This document shows, one piece after another, positions 1 through 9,598 of a stretch of 64,000 nucleotides of DNA. The stretch is from Planctomycetota bacterium (lineage in GTDB: Bacteria; Planctomycetota; JAPUJT01): positions 1,858 to 65,857 of the forward strand of contig JAPUJT010000023.1 of NCBI GenBank assembly GCA_027296055.1. The letters are read 5' to 3'. The position numbers and the translations under genes are program-made. Positions within the stretch are counted from its first letter, which is position 1. Every line of letters starts with the position of its first letter. Below the pieces are notes generated by a model. That model did no database searches. It was not told the origin of the DNA and worked only from the letters and a program-made list of their open reading frames with translations.

Positions 1-205
1 GCTTGAGGCTCTCCGTCTCCTCCTCCAGGGTCGATGCTCGCGAGCGCACTGTCTCCAGCTCCCGCTGGAGCTCTCCGACCTCTTTCTCCCTTTCTGCCTT
101 CAGCTGCTCCAACTCACTTCGGAGCTTGGCAGCTTCCGCAAGGAGCGAGTGAGATTCGGTCTTGGTTTTTCCGACGGTGTCTCCCATCGTGCTCATCCTT
201 GGAAG

Positions 206-3200
206 CTAGCTAGCCTTCCCCCCCTTCTTGGGGGCGGAAATCGGTTTCGTGATCTTCATCGTTTCGGACCTCATCAGGTCGACGTAGATCGCCCTCGCCG
301 GTTTCTTCCCGTGCGGATCCATGATGATCTCTATGATCGGTTTCTTGACCGCATCGGGGTTCGTGGCGACCACCCGCGCTATTTCTCCGCTTGCCATCTG
401 GAGATAGGAGCCCAGGGGGTAATAGCCCATGTGCCGGAGGAAGCCCCGGACGAGATCCGCGTCGAATCGCGCCGATTCCCGCTGCACGACCCCCTCCATC
501 GCCAGGCCGGGATTCCCCTCGGAGAGCTCCTCCAGGGAGAGATCCGGGGGGAGATCGATCGCCTGGATCATCGCCACGTCTTTTACCACGGCGCACATCG
601 AATCGGAGGGAAGCGTCTCCTCCTTGTAGACCCGCGGAGCCGATATCGCCTCGAAGCTGTCGACGAGGCAGAGGATCTTGGCGAGGCGGTGGATGCTCTC
701 GCCTCTCAGCCCTCGAGGGTAGCCGGTCCCATCCAGACTCTCGTGGTGTTGCCGGATGATCTCGGGGACTCTCGGGTCCATGCCCTCGAGGGAGGCGGCG
801 AGGCGCGCGCTCAGCTCTGTGTGCTCCTTGATCTTGTCGTGTTCTTCGGCCGTCAGGGATGCGTGCTTCAGCACGATCTCTTCCGGCAGCTCCATCATCC
901 CGGCGTCGTGAAGGAGTCCGGCCAGACCGATCCGCTCGACTTCCTCATCCGTACAGCCAATCTTCCATGCCAGGAATATCGCCAGCCGGGAGACGTTGCG
1001 GCAGTGCTGGCGCAGATACTTCTCCGGCACATCGCTGTAGGTCAACTCGAGGGCCTCGGCAGGATAGTCCTTCACTTGCTCGACGGACTGCCGTACCGAC
1101 TGGATGAGAATCTCCGTGGTGACCTCGGGCGGTTTTTCGTCCTCGTTGAAGAGGAAACTCAGGACTTCCGATGCCTTCCCCGTCTCGTAGGGTCCCTTCG
1201 GGCTCTTCCAGGGCAATCCGCCCATCGCGCTGGTCTTCGGCGTGACCATGGTGACATCGTTTTCGGTCACATCCTCGCTGTCGGCGCCGGCGTCTTTCGC
1301 CTCCTCCGCGAGCTGTCTCTCCCGATGAAAGTCGTCGGCGAATCTTCGGTTCTCGTCCTCGAGACTACGGAGCCGAGCCCGGCCCTCCTCCGCCGAGCGA
1401 AGGGCGACTTCGAGCTCCTCCTTCGCCTTCTGCTCGCTCTGTCTCGCCTCGCTCGCGCGGTGCACGAGGGATTCCCTCTCCCCGGCGAGCGATGACTTTT
1501 CATGTTCCAGGTTGGAGACGGTCTTCTCCAGATCCGCCATGTGCTTCAGATCTTCCTGGATGACTCGGATCTGGTCTCCGAAATCCCCCTCGGCTCGGTC
1601 GGGATCCGAGACCACTTCTTTGAGCTGCTCCATCCCCTTGCGGAACTCGTCCACTTCCTTCTTCGCCACGTCGCAGGCCTCCTGGAGATCGGCGGTCTCC
1701 TCCTTGGCGCGCAGGACCTTCTCCTGCAGGGCGACCTTGACGATGCGCATCGTCTCACGCTGTTGTTCCCCCTCTTCGTACTCGCGCACGCGGACTCGCA
1801 GGAGCTCCTCCATGTCGATCTTCGCCTGGCGGGCCTTCTCTCGATCCGTGATCGCCTCCTCGCGATCGCGCTCCGCTTTCTCCAGCCTCTTCTGCAGCTC
1901 CCCGGCCTCTTCGAGGTTCTGTCCCGTCCTACCCCGAAGGCGGGCGACCTCGGCGGCGGTTTCATCTCGCTCGGCACTCAGCTGAGCAATTTGATCCCTC
2001 GCGCCGGAGATCTCGGCCTTGAGCCCCTGAGCGACGGCGCGAGCCGTGGTCTCGGCTTCATCCAGGGCCTTTTGCAGGGTCGTGTTCTCGCCTCTCAGCG
2101 TGGTCGCCTCCTCGCGATCACGCTCCGCCGTCTCGAGCTTCTTCTGGAGCTCTGCGTGGGCCTTCGTCAGCTCCTGGAGCTCCTGTCCCGACTTACCCCG
2201 AAGGAGAGCGACCTCGGCGGCGATCTCATCTCGCTCGGTGCTGAGCTGAGCGAATCGATCCTTCGCCTCGGAGATCTCGGCCTTCATCCCCTGCGTGGCG
2301 GTGTGAGCCGCGGTCTCGGCTTGGTCGAGGGCCTTGCGCAGGGCCGTCCGCTCGCCTCTCAGCGTGGCCGCCTCCTGACGGTTCCTCTCGTACTCCTCTC
2401 GCTGGACGGTCGAGGCTTTCGCCTCGTCGGACCCTTTCACCTGGAGCTCACGCTGCTTCTCGATCTGCTCCTTGAGCTCGCCAGCCTCTCGCCGAAGCAC
2501 CTCCTTGTCCTTCTGAAGCTGCTCGAAGGCCTCGGACTTCCGCTCGTTCGCTGCGACGAGGTCGGAACGGGTAGACTCCAACTCCTCCTCGAGGAGCCGA
2601 GCCTCGGACTCCGCCTCGCTGAGCTTCGTCTCCAGCTCGGTTTGCCTCTTCGTGCGGACGGCCGTCTCTTCCTTCTGTGAGCTCGCTCGCGTCTGGCCCT
2701 GTGCCTCGAGCGACTCCACGTGGGAAGTCAGCCGAGCCTTCTCTTTCCGGAGGGATGAAATCTCTCCCTGAGATCGTTCGATCTCCGCGTCCCAGCCGCT
2801 CTGCAGCCCGCGGAGAGCGTCTTGCTCCTCGTCGATCGCCTTGATCCCCCTGCGGAGCGACGCTCCGAGATCCGTGACCTGACCCTTGAGTTGCTGCTTC
2901 TCTACGAGGATTCGCTGGCTCTCCTTCCTGGCCGCCTCCAGATCATTGCGCATTCCATCAATCGTCGCGTCCCTCTGGGCCGCGACGGCATCCGACTCCT
3001 CCCGGGCCTTCCCGAGATCGGCTCGCAGCTCCTTTACCCTGGAATCCGAATCATCGCCCCGACGCTCCAGCTCCGCTTGCCGATCCTTGGCCTGTGCTTC
3101 CGCGGCAGCCAGCTTGCGCTCGAGCCCGGCGCTGGTCTTCTCCCATTCGTTGCGGGCCTCGGCGATCTTCTCTTCCTGCTCTTTTGCCGCGGCCTGCCGG

Positions 3201-4456
3201 ACTTCGGCGATCTTCTCTTCCTGCTCTTTTGCCGCGGCCTTCCGGACCTCGGCAATCTTCTCTTCCTGCTCTTTCGCCGCGGCCTGCCGGACCTCGGTGA
3301 TCTTCTCTTCCTGCTCCTTCGCCGCGGCCTTCCGGACCTCGGTGATCTCCTTCTCCCGCGCCTCCTTTTCCTCCGTGAGGATCCGGACCGTCACGCGGAC
3401 GGCCTCGAGCTCCTTGATGAGCGCGTCCGAGGCCTCTCGCAGGGAACGTTGCTCCTCTTCGAGGGCGCTCGTGTCTCGCTCCGTCTTCGCCCGGAGGCCC
3501 GTAGCGTCATCCTGGAGCGTTGCCTTTTCGCTCCGAAGCTGCTCCAGCTCCTTCACGCGAGCCGACTTGTCCCTGGTCGCCTCATCCCGATTGGAATCCA
3601 GATTCTTACGGAGTAGCTCGATGCTCGCGCTGGACTCGCCCAGCCGGGTCTCCAGATCCTTGACGCGTTTATCCGATTCCGTCCTCAGGGACTCGAGCGC
3701 CCGCTCGGCGGAGACCTTCTCCTTATCGAGCGATGCGTTACGCGCTCGCCCTTCGTCCAGCTCCAGCTTGAACTGCTCGACCTCCGCGCCGGTCTCGACC
3801 CGCAGGAGCTCGATGTTCTCCTCCGCGGCAATCTTCTCCCGGCGCGTCCCGTCGATGGCGGCTCGGAGCGTATCGAATTCACCGCGGAGCTCGGCTTCGA
3901 GCTCCGCTCCTTTCGACTTCGCCTCCTTCAGGTCGTCGTTCAGAGCTTCCCTGGATCTTCGAGTCTCCTCATGAGATCGGCGCGATGCCTCTAGCTCATT
4001 CCTCAGGGCATCCAGCTCGTCTGTCGTGCGTTTCCGGAGCCCCGCGATCTCCGCCTCGACCGCGTCGCGCGATGCTCGGCCCAGCTTCTCCGCATTGCGC
4101 GCGGCGTCCAGTTCCGCGTGGAGGGCTCCCAGCTCTGCCGAAGTCGCCACGGACCCGCCCGCGGAACCTCCCACGACATCCTCGTGGCCATCGGCGAGAG
4201 ACACGGCGCGGAGGCGCTCCGTGTCCGTTTGAAGCTCCTCTCTCTCCCGTCGGAGGCGGCCCACCTCTTCGACGGTCGAGGATCTCTCATCCTCGAGGGA
4301 CTTCAGCTTTTCCTTGAGGTTGGATATTTCTCGGGAGAGGACACCGCGCACCTTGTCCATCTCGACGGGCGAGCCGTCCTGCTTCTCTGCCTTCTCCCGC
4401 AGAGACCTGATCTTCTGGAGGAGATCGCCGCGTTTCTCCTCGGAGGGATTTGCCAT
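206..4456 (-). CDS. Very long coiled-coil protein with C-terminal HD-GYP (cyclic di-nucleotide phosphodiesterase) domain, about 1416 aa
   Basis: More than 1000 aa of E/K/R/A/L-rich heptad sequence, then LLHDAG...HHESLDGTGYP...VDSFEAISAPRVYK (HD-GYP motifs). Start moved to the ATG of MANPSEE at 4456, because the upstream part of the ORF is atypical intergenic-like sequence. Confidence 0.9.
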   Translation of the reverse strand: MANPSEEKRGDLLQKIRSLREKAEKQDGSPVEMDKVRGVLSREISNLKEKLKSLEDERSSTVEEVGRLRREREELQTDTERLRAVSLADGHEDVVGGSAGGSVATSAELGALHAELDAARNAEKLGRASRDAVEAEIAGLRKRTTDELDALRNELEASRRSHEETRRSREALNDDLKEAKSKGAELEAELRGEFDTLRAAIDGTRREKIAAEENIELLRVETGAEVEQFKLELDEGRARNASLDKEKVSAERALESLRTESDKRVKDLETRLGESSASIELLRKNLDSNRDEATRDKSARVKELEQLRSEKATLQDDATGLRAKTERDTSALEEEQRSLREASDALIKELEAVRVTVRILTEEKEAREKEITEVRKAAAKEQEEKITEVRQAAAKEQEEKIAEVRKAAAKEQEEKIAEVRQAAAKEQEEKIAEARNEWEKTSAGLERKLAAAEAQAKDRQAELERRGDDSDSRVKELRADLGKAREESDAVAAQRDATIDGMRNDLEAARKESQRILVEKQQLKGQVTDLGASLRRGIKAIDEEQDALRGLQSGWDAEIERSQGEISSLRKEKARLTSHVESLEAQGQTRASSQKEETAVRTKRQTELETKLSEAESEARLLEEELESTRSDLVAANERKSEAFEQLQKDKEVLRREAGELKEQIEKQRELQVKGSDEAKASTVQREEYERNRQEAATLRGERTALRKALDQAETAAHTATQGMKAEISEAKDRFAQLSTERDEIAAEVALLRGKSGQELQELTKAHAELQKKLETAERDREEATTLRGENTTLQKALDEAETTARAVAQGLKAEISGARDQIAQLSAERDETAAEVARLRGRTGQNLEEAGELQKRLEKAERDREEAITDREKARQAKIDMEELLRVRVREYEEGEQQRETMRIVKVALQEKVLRAKEETADLQEACDVAKKEVDEFRKGMEQLKEVVSDPDRAEGDFGDQIRVIQEDLKHMADLEKTVSNLEHEKSSLAGERESLVHRASEARQSEQKAKEELEVALRSAEEGRARLRSLEDENRRFADDFHRERQLAEEAKDAGADSEDVTENDVTMVTPKTSAMGGLPWKSPKGPYETGKASEVLSFLFNEDEKPPEVTTEILIQSVRQSVEQVKDYPAEALELTYSDVPEKYLRQHCRNVSRLAIFLAWKIGCTDEEVERIGLAGLLHDAGMMELPEEIVLKHASLTAEEHDKIKEHTELSARLAASLEGMDPRVPEIIRQHHESLDGTGYPRGLRGESIHRLAKILCLVDSFEAISAPRVYKEETLPSDSMCAVVKDVAMIQAIDLPPDLSLEELSEGNPGLAMEGVVQRESARFDADLVRGFLRHMGYYPLGSYLQMASGEIARVVATNPDAVKKPIIEIIMDPHGKKPARAIYVDLMRSETMKITKPISAPKKGGKAS
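1856..2374 (-). repeat. Intragenic tandem duplication of an 88-aa / 84-aa coiled-coil segment
   Basis: EAATLRGERTALRKALDQAET...KAEISEAKD...AAEVALLRGKSGQ...ELQKKLETAERDRE is followed by EATTLRGENTTLQKALDEAET...KAEISGARD...AAEVARLRGRTGQ...ELQKRLEKAERDRE. Confidence 0.9.
3158..3356 (-). repeat. Intragenic 45-bp (15-aa) tandem repeat, about 4.4 copies (EEKI[T/A]EVR[K/Q]AAAKEQ)
   Basis: Unit tcttctcttcctgctcyttygccgcggcctkccggacytcggyra is visibly repeated, in frame, within the coiled coil. Confidence 0.95.
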
Positions 4457-4763
4457 GGATCCTATGGGCCAGGAAACGGTGTATCCCGGCGTAACCCCAC
4501 TCCCCTTCCCCACCTCGAAAGTATACTCCAAACCAACCATCCATGCCGGTCGGAACAAACACAACAATCCGATCGTCGTGCTTAAGCCATTGATGTGTTG
4601 GGGTTTAGAGTGTTTCTTGAGGTCGTGGAGCCCCCGGCCGTGTCGGCGGACGGACCATCCGCTCGGATGCGCGTCCGGGAGATGAGGCATCCATATGATG
4701 TAGGGAGGGGGAGAGCGTGGCCTGCAGGTCCTCTCGCCGCTCGAGACTCAGATCGCGCCCCGT

Positions 4764-7700
4764 CTAGCCTGGATCCATCCTTCGATTCATTCGAGGACCA
4801 GGTTGGTCGTGGTCTTGGTCACCCCTCCGATCCCTCGTAGCTGTCCGACGATCATGTTGAGGATTTCCTCGACAGAGTCCCCTTCCACGACAGCGATGAT
4901 GTCCTGGTCTCCTGTCGTGAGATCGGCGCTCAGGATCTTGGGACTCTCTCGAAGCTGGTTCTTGACGTTCTCCTCCTTGCCTGACTCCGTCCAGAACATC
5001 ACATAAGCCTTCGCCATGCCTCCCTCCTTCCCTGGTCCACGTCTCCCGGCGCGAGGAGGGGACGATCCCCATCCTTCCGCGTCCGGTTCTTGGCTCTCTC
5101 GTCCGAGGAGATGCATCCTCTTCTGTCTCGCGCAGGCGCTCCTCGTTGTACTTCCGGATCTCCTCCAGTTCCATCAGGACCGTTCGAATCTTTCCCCGCG
5201 TCCACTTGTCGAGCCCATCCAGCTCAGCTCCTGCCCTGGCCGCCTCGTTCAGGAACTCGAGCACCTCGGGGGATTCGACGTACTGCCGGCAGTAGGGCTC
5301 GACGGCGAGCAGGAATCGGACGAGTTGCTCGCGACGCCAGCCCCCCGTCTGGTAGACGAGGAGTTCCTTCAGGGCCTTCAACGCTTCCAGCGATTGATCG
5401 CGGTTCTTGAACCGCATCCACCGGGCATACTCGTGGAGGAGGAAAGTCTGACCCAGCCGCTTCTTGGCCTCATCCAATGCCACGGACCGTATGCCCGAAT
5501 TGGGGGAGCGCAGGGCGAGGATGATCTCGAAGTTGGTGTAGCTCTCGACGTCGGTCCCGATCGGGCGGTCCTTGATCTGGATCGTGACCTCCTGCTGATC
5601 CACCCGCTCCGCATCCCCGACGAACAGCTGAATCCCCTTGTAGGTGTCCGCCTGCAGGAGACCCGGTCTCCACAGGAACACCCCCGTCTCCGGATCGAGC
5701 GTCGCCCCATCCGGGAGGTTCGGACTCCAGTACGTGAGGTGATCCCCGTCGATGTCGATCGCCTCCACCTGGAAGGTCAACTCCTCCCCTTCGACCCCGA
5801 CGGGAGGGAGGAGATACTTCAGCACCGGCCCGGAGTTCCGGGCGCCTCCCCGGACCTGCAAGTCCGTGAACCTCGAGACGGAGAGCGCGCCGTCATCGAT
5901 GACGAACTCGATGCGGAAGAGCCCTTTCTGGTAACGATCGGGTATCCAGCGGAAGAGACCCGATTCCGGATCGAACGTCGCCCCGCGGGGAAGACGGCGC
6001 GCCTCGAAGCGAAAGGGGCCTTCCGCCGGGACGTTCCTCTTCTTCACCTGGAAGGCGATCGCCCGGCGGTACTTCCCGCGCACCTTCGCTGGAGCGGCGA
6101 TCTCGGGTTCCGGATAGGGAGAGACGACGATCGACCAGACGCGGGTCGACGAGAGGTTTCCGTGATCGCGCCGGATTCTATCGTTCTTGAAATCCACGTT
6201 GACGATCACCTCGTGTCGCCCCGGGGCGAGCGAGTCCGGCTCGATATCCAGGTAGTTGCGGCTGAACTTCTTGTCGCTCACATCTTTATTGGTCCGCACG
6301 CCGTCCACGTACCAGTTGTTGGTGAATTTCCCGTACGGCTTTTCGTCCTCGTGCTTGGTGATCGTGATCCCCTCGATCTCGAGCCTCAACTTCTGGTCGG
6401 CCCAGATGATCACCTCACGCTTTGCCGGCCATGCCCCCTCGAGCGGTTCGAGCTGATCGTAGAATCTCCGCTCCATCTGCTCCTGGCAGACGGCGCAGTA
6501 CTTCGGGGTGCCGCTCGATCGCATCCGGCACTCGCGACTCGGCCGGTAATAGTCCTTGTCGTGGTAGTAAGCCCCCTCGAAGCAACCCACCGGGCTCCCC
6601 TCCGCTGGAGGGAAGTTCCAGTAGTGCCACTTGACCTTCTTCGGGTTCGACTCGCGCGTGGTGTTTATATGGCCCGCCTCGGCGTTGGGGCCGTAGTTTC
6701 GTCCCGGGGCGATCCCTGCGTCAACGTACTCATCGTCCAGCCCGCCGTAGGCGTGGCCCAGCTCGTGGATCACGACGTCGCCCACGCTGCCAGAGTTGTT
6801 CAGTGTGATCACGCCCCCCCCTCCGGTGGCCCGTCCCCCTGCGACGTTGGCCACCACGATCACGAGATCGCAATCGGGGGCCTTCCGCCCGTACTTCCAT
6901 GCGGCTGCCACGTCGCAGGTCAGGATGTTGTTCTGGAGGGTGGCGCCCACCTTCGTCGTCCTCGGTTTGTCGGGAAGCTCGTTGATTCCGCTCTCCTCCT
7001 CCACGAGGCGGACCAGGTTGAAGTTGATGTACTTCTCGTAGTTGCGGAAGGGATCCGCGTTCTGTATCCCCTTGATGACGAGGTCGGCGAGCCTCTTCAC
7101 GGTGCCCGCCTCCTCCTGGGTGAACCCATCAGAAACGATGCTGATGTCGACCCGGCGTGAGATATCTCCGTTCTCCACCATCTTCTCGATGGCGGCGATC
7201 CCCTCCTTATCGAGAAGGACCTTGGCTACGGCCGCCGCCTCCTCCATCGCCTTCTTTCGGATCCTCTTCTTGTTCCGATCCCTTCGGGCGGTCTTCAGCT
7301 CCGCCTGGAGCTCGTCGCGCGGCCACCACCTGGACTGGAACAGGACTTCCCCGAGAGCGAGATGCTCCGCCTCGATCTTCGGTATCCATTCTCCCTGGTA
7401 AAGGACGAATCCGCCCTCGGGGACATCGACGCCGCGCCGCCGGGCGAGCCAGCCGGAGACGCCGGCGGCGTCCCCTTCTGCGACACCGCGGAGGACTTCG
7501 TCCCCCCACTCGGGGGCCCCGTGATCGTACGAGAAGGTCGCGATCTCGTACGGGTCCGTCCAGCCGGCGCCGGCCCACTCCAGAATCGACGCGAAATCCG
7601 CCGCGACGATCCGATGCCAGGGCTTCTTCAAGGTCATCTGTTCGTTTGCTGCCGAGACACCCGTGCCGTCGGCGGCGGTCACCCGAAGCTTCGACCCGGA

Positions 7701-9446
7701 AGCGAAATCGACGTTAGGCATCTCTCCACCGCGACCGAGAAGGTCGAGAAGGCTATCGAAAGTCGCCTTCTGCGCCTGCGCCCTATCGAGAGCCTTCTGG
7801 CACTCGGCGGCCGCCCAGCGACTTCTCGATCGGTCCCGGAACTTCTCCAGGGAACGGATCGCCTTCTCGTACGAGAAGTTCATCACCATTCCCTGAGCCA
7901 TGCCGATGGCATCGGCGGTCCTCCTCCGCTCCTCTTTCGCTCGGCGAGCCTCCTCGTTCCTCGCCCGGACGATTCCCCCCTCTCGCTCCCGCGCTTCCCG
8001 CCGAGCGTCCTCCCGCCGCCGAGACTCCAGGGCGAGGGTCTCCTCCATACGATCCATCTCCTCCAGGGCTTCTTCGATCGCGGCCTCGGCCGAGGTTCCC
8101 TCGAGGTGCCTCGGGAAGGCTGAGAGGGCTATCCTGGCTTCCTCGAAGTCGCCCGCCGCCGCCAGAGATCGGGATCGCTCGATCCGGGTTCGCGCCTCAT
8201 CCGACGCCTCCTTTTCCCTCCTGGAGAGGAACGCTTCGATCTCCTGTCTTGCGGTGTCGCCGTCCGCCGTCCCCTGGTACTTCAGCTCGAGGAATCGATA
8301 CCGCTGGAGGATCTCGGCCGTCCGGGTGGGATTCTTTCGGGCAAACTTCTCCACCTGGGCGAATCGCCACTCGACGTTCAAGCGGGCCGAATCCTCGGCG
8401 CCCGGAATCTCCACCGTCTCGATCCGTGGACCCGGCGTCACGACATCCGGGCCATCGGACTCCGGCGCCGGTCCCAGCAGCTTCCAGGCGACGAAGACGA
8501 GGAGGCCTCCCGCCAGAAGGGTCGCCGCGCCGAGCCCGATCGCCGCAGCGCGGGAGCGAGACTTTCGGGCCTGGCGCTCCACGGGGGTGGGTCTCGGCCG
8601 GCGCTTCCTCCCCGCGGTCGGGGCCCTGCTCGAGGGGACTTCCCCGAGGAGGAACAGGACTTCATCCACGGCGAGCGCGACCCCGGCCCCGTCGGCGATC
8701 CGGCGAATCTCCGCCACCATGCGGAGGCGATCCTCCGCCACGTCCTCCGATGAGATTCTCCCCCGGTAGCCTGCGAGCTTGCCTTCCCCGAATCCCATCC
8801 CGGACATCACATCATCGAGGGTCTCCGGCTCGATGACCTCCTTCTTGAACAGGGCGTCCGGCAGGGAAAGGGAGAACCTGGCGTCTCGCCAGAGGATATG
8901 AACGGCGGACAGAGCGGCCTGTGCCTTGAGGGGGGATCCCCCCGCAGCAACGATACGACCGAGGAGATCCAGATCGCATCCCGAGAGGGGTGTACCTTCT
9001 TCACCGCGGGCCACAGCGCGCAGGGTCTCGATGCAAGCGGGCAGCAGGCCCTTGTCCCGGGTGAGCAGGACCGAGAGAGGAGTAGAGCTCTGCGCCTCCT
9101 TCTTGAGGAGGTCGCCGAGATCGCCCGGCGGGAGAAACCCGGCCTTCATGGCCAGGGTGGCGACCTGCAGAGCCTCCGGGCCGTCCATGGCCTGGTCTGT
9201 TCCGCCGGGAGGCGGCCTTCCGGCCGCGGATGGGTCCGAGGGAGAGAGTCGATCCATATCCGCTCGGGCGACGAACCCTCGCTGCGTGAGGACATCGAGC
9301 ATCGACATCGGGACGCCGAGATCCAGGACGCGGCGAAATACCTTCTCCGCCTCCTCGCGCTGGCTCGGATCGAGGAGCCCTGCCGCGGCGGCCCGCTCCA
9401 GAACGGCCAGCTCTCTTTCCACATCGACGTGCGCGGTTCTCTTCAA
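4764..9446 (-). CDS. Large membrane-anchored M64-family (IgA peptidase-like) zinc metallopeptidase with Ig-like repeats
   Basis: VDISIVSDGFT...DPFRNY...HELGHAYGGLDDEY...GCFEGAYY...YRPSRECRMRS...YCAVC is the M64 pattern. One TM helix (AAAIGLGAATLLAGGLLVFVAW) and two LPxGATxDPxxGxFxWxP putative-Ig repeats. Probable TTG start at 9446 after GGGGGAG. The 3' end is doubtful because it overlaps the Lrp gene. Confidence 0.85.
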   Translation of the reverse strand: MKRTAHVDVERELAVLERAAAAGLLDPSQREEAEKVFRRVLDLGVPMSMLDVLTQRGFVARADMDRLSPSDPSAAGRPPPGGTDQAMDGPEALQVATLAMKAGFLPPGDLGDLLKKEAQSSTPLSVLLTRDKGLLPACIETLRAVARGEEGTPLSGCDLDLLGRIVAAGGSPLKAQAALSAVHILWRDARFSLSLPDALFKKEVIEPETLDDVMSGMGFGEGKLAGYRGRISSEDVAEDRLRMVAEIRRIADGAGVALAVDEVLFLLGEVPSSRAPTAGRKRRPRPTPVERQARKSRSRAAAIGLGAATLLAGGLLVFVAWKLLGPAPESDGPDVVTPGPRIETVEIPGAEDSARLNVEWRFAQVEKFARKNPTRTAEILQRYRFLELKYQGTADGDTARQEIEAFLSRREKEASDEARTRIERSRSLAAAGDFEEARIALSAFPRHLEGTSAEAAIEEALEEMDRMEETLALESRRREDARREAREREGGIVRARNEEARRAKEERRRTADAIGMAQGMVMNFSYEKAIRSLEKFRDRSRSRWAAAECQKALDRAQAQKATFDSLLDLLGRGGEMPNVDFASGSKLRVTAADGTGVSAANEQMTLKKPWHRIVAADFASILEWAGAGWTDPYEIATFSYDHGAPEWGDEVLRGVAEGDAAGVSGWLARRRGVDVPEGGFVLYQGEWIPKIEAEHLALGEVLFQSRWWPRDELQAELKTARRDRNKKRIRKKAMEEAAAVAKVLLDKEGIAAIEKMVENGDISRRVDISIVSDGFTQEEAGTVKRLADLVIKGIQNADPFRNYEKYINFNLVRLVEEESGINELPDKPRTTKVGATLQNNILTCDVAAAWKYGRKAPDCDLVIVVANVAGGRATGGGGVITLNNSGSVGDVVIHELGHAYGGLDDEYVDAGIAPGRNYGPNAEAGHINTTRESNPKKVKWHYWNFPPAEGSPVGCFEGAYYHDKDYYRPSRECRMRSSGTPKYCAVCQEQMERRFYDQLEPLEGAWPAKREVIIWADQKLRLEIEGITITKHEDEKPYGKFTNNWYVDGVRTNKDVSDKKFSRNYLDIEPDSLAPGRHEVIVNVDFKNDRIRRDHGNLSSTRVWSIVVSPYPEPEIAAPAKVRGKYRRAIAFQVKKRNVPAEGPFRFEARRLPRGATFDPESGLFRWIPDRYQKGLFRIEFVIDDGALSVSRFTDLQVRGGARNSGPVLKYLLPPVGVEGEELTFQVEAIDIDGDHLTYWSPNLPDGATLDPETGVFLWRPGLLQADTYKGIQLFVGDAERVDQQEVTIQIKDRPIGTDVESYTNFEIILALRSPNSGIRSVALDEAKKRLGQTFLLHEYARWMRFKNRDQSLEALKALKELLVYQTGGWRREQLVRFLLAVEPYCRQYVESPEVLEFLNEAARAGAELDGLDKWTRGKIRTVLMELEEIRKYNEERLRETEEDASPRTREPRTGRGRMGIVPSSRRETWTREGGRHGEGLCDVLDGVRQGGERQEPASRESQDPERRSHDRRPGHHRCRGRGLCRGNPQHDRRTATRDRRGDQDHDQPGPRMNRRMDPG
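4787..5017 (-). CDS. Stand-alone Lrp/AsnC ligand-binding (RAM) domain protein, 76 aa
   Basis: MAKAYVMF...ADLTTGDQDIIAVVE...IGGVTKTTTNLVLE fits the Lrp C-terminal fold. Strong RBS (AAGGAGGGAGG) directly upstream. No HTH domain. Confidence 0.85.
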   Translation of the reverse strand: MAKAYVMFWTESGKEENVKNQLRESPKILSADLTTGDQDIIAVVEGDSVEEILNMIVGQLRGIGGVTKTTTNLVLE

Positions 9447-9503
9447 CGGTACTCCCCCCGGTAAGGATGGGCCCACGGAGCCTTTCGACTCCGGGCCCAG
9501 GCT

Positions 9504-9575
9504 ATTATAGTCGCGAGCCGACGGCGTCCAAAACCCTAGTTCGGAGGTTGACGTCGGCCCGCCCCGGGTGATACT
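9504..9575. promoter_or_regulatory. Divergent sigma70-like promoter pair
   Basis: Minus strand TTGGAC-16-TATAAT (9531-9504) faces the M64 gene. Plus strand TTGACG-16-GATACT (9548-9575) faces the GT4 gene. Confidence 0.55.
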
Positions 9576-9598
9576 TTCGGTGCAGGTGGGGACATCAC

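Noticed and set aside
3158-3356. Possible CRISPR array
   Set aside because: The repeats are contiguous with no unique spacers, lie in frame within a CDS, and no cas genes are present.
149-8769. Long plus-strand ORFs (149-1495, 1502-2680, 2886-3974, 5016-7160 and others)
   Set aside because: Antisense shadows of well-supported minus-strand genes. Long stop-free frames are expected in high-GC DNA, and they show no motifs.
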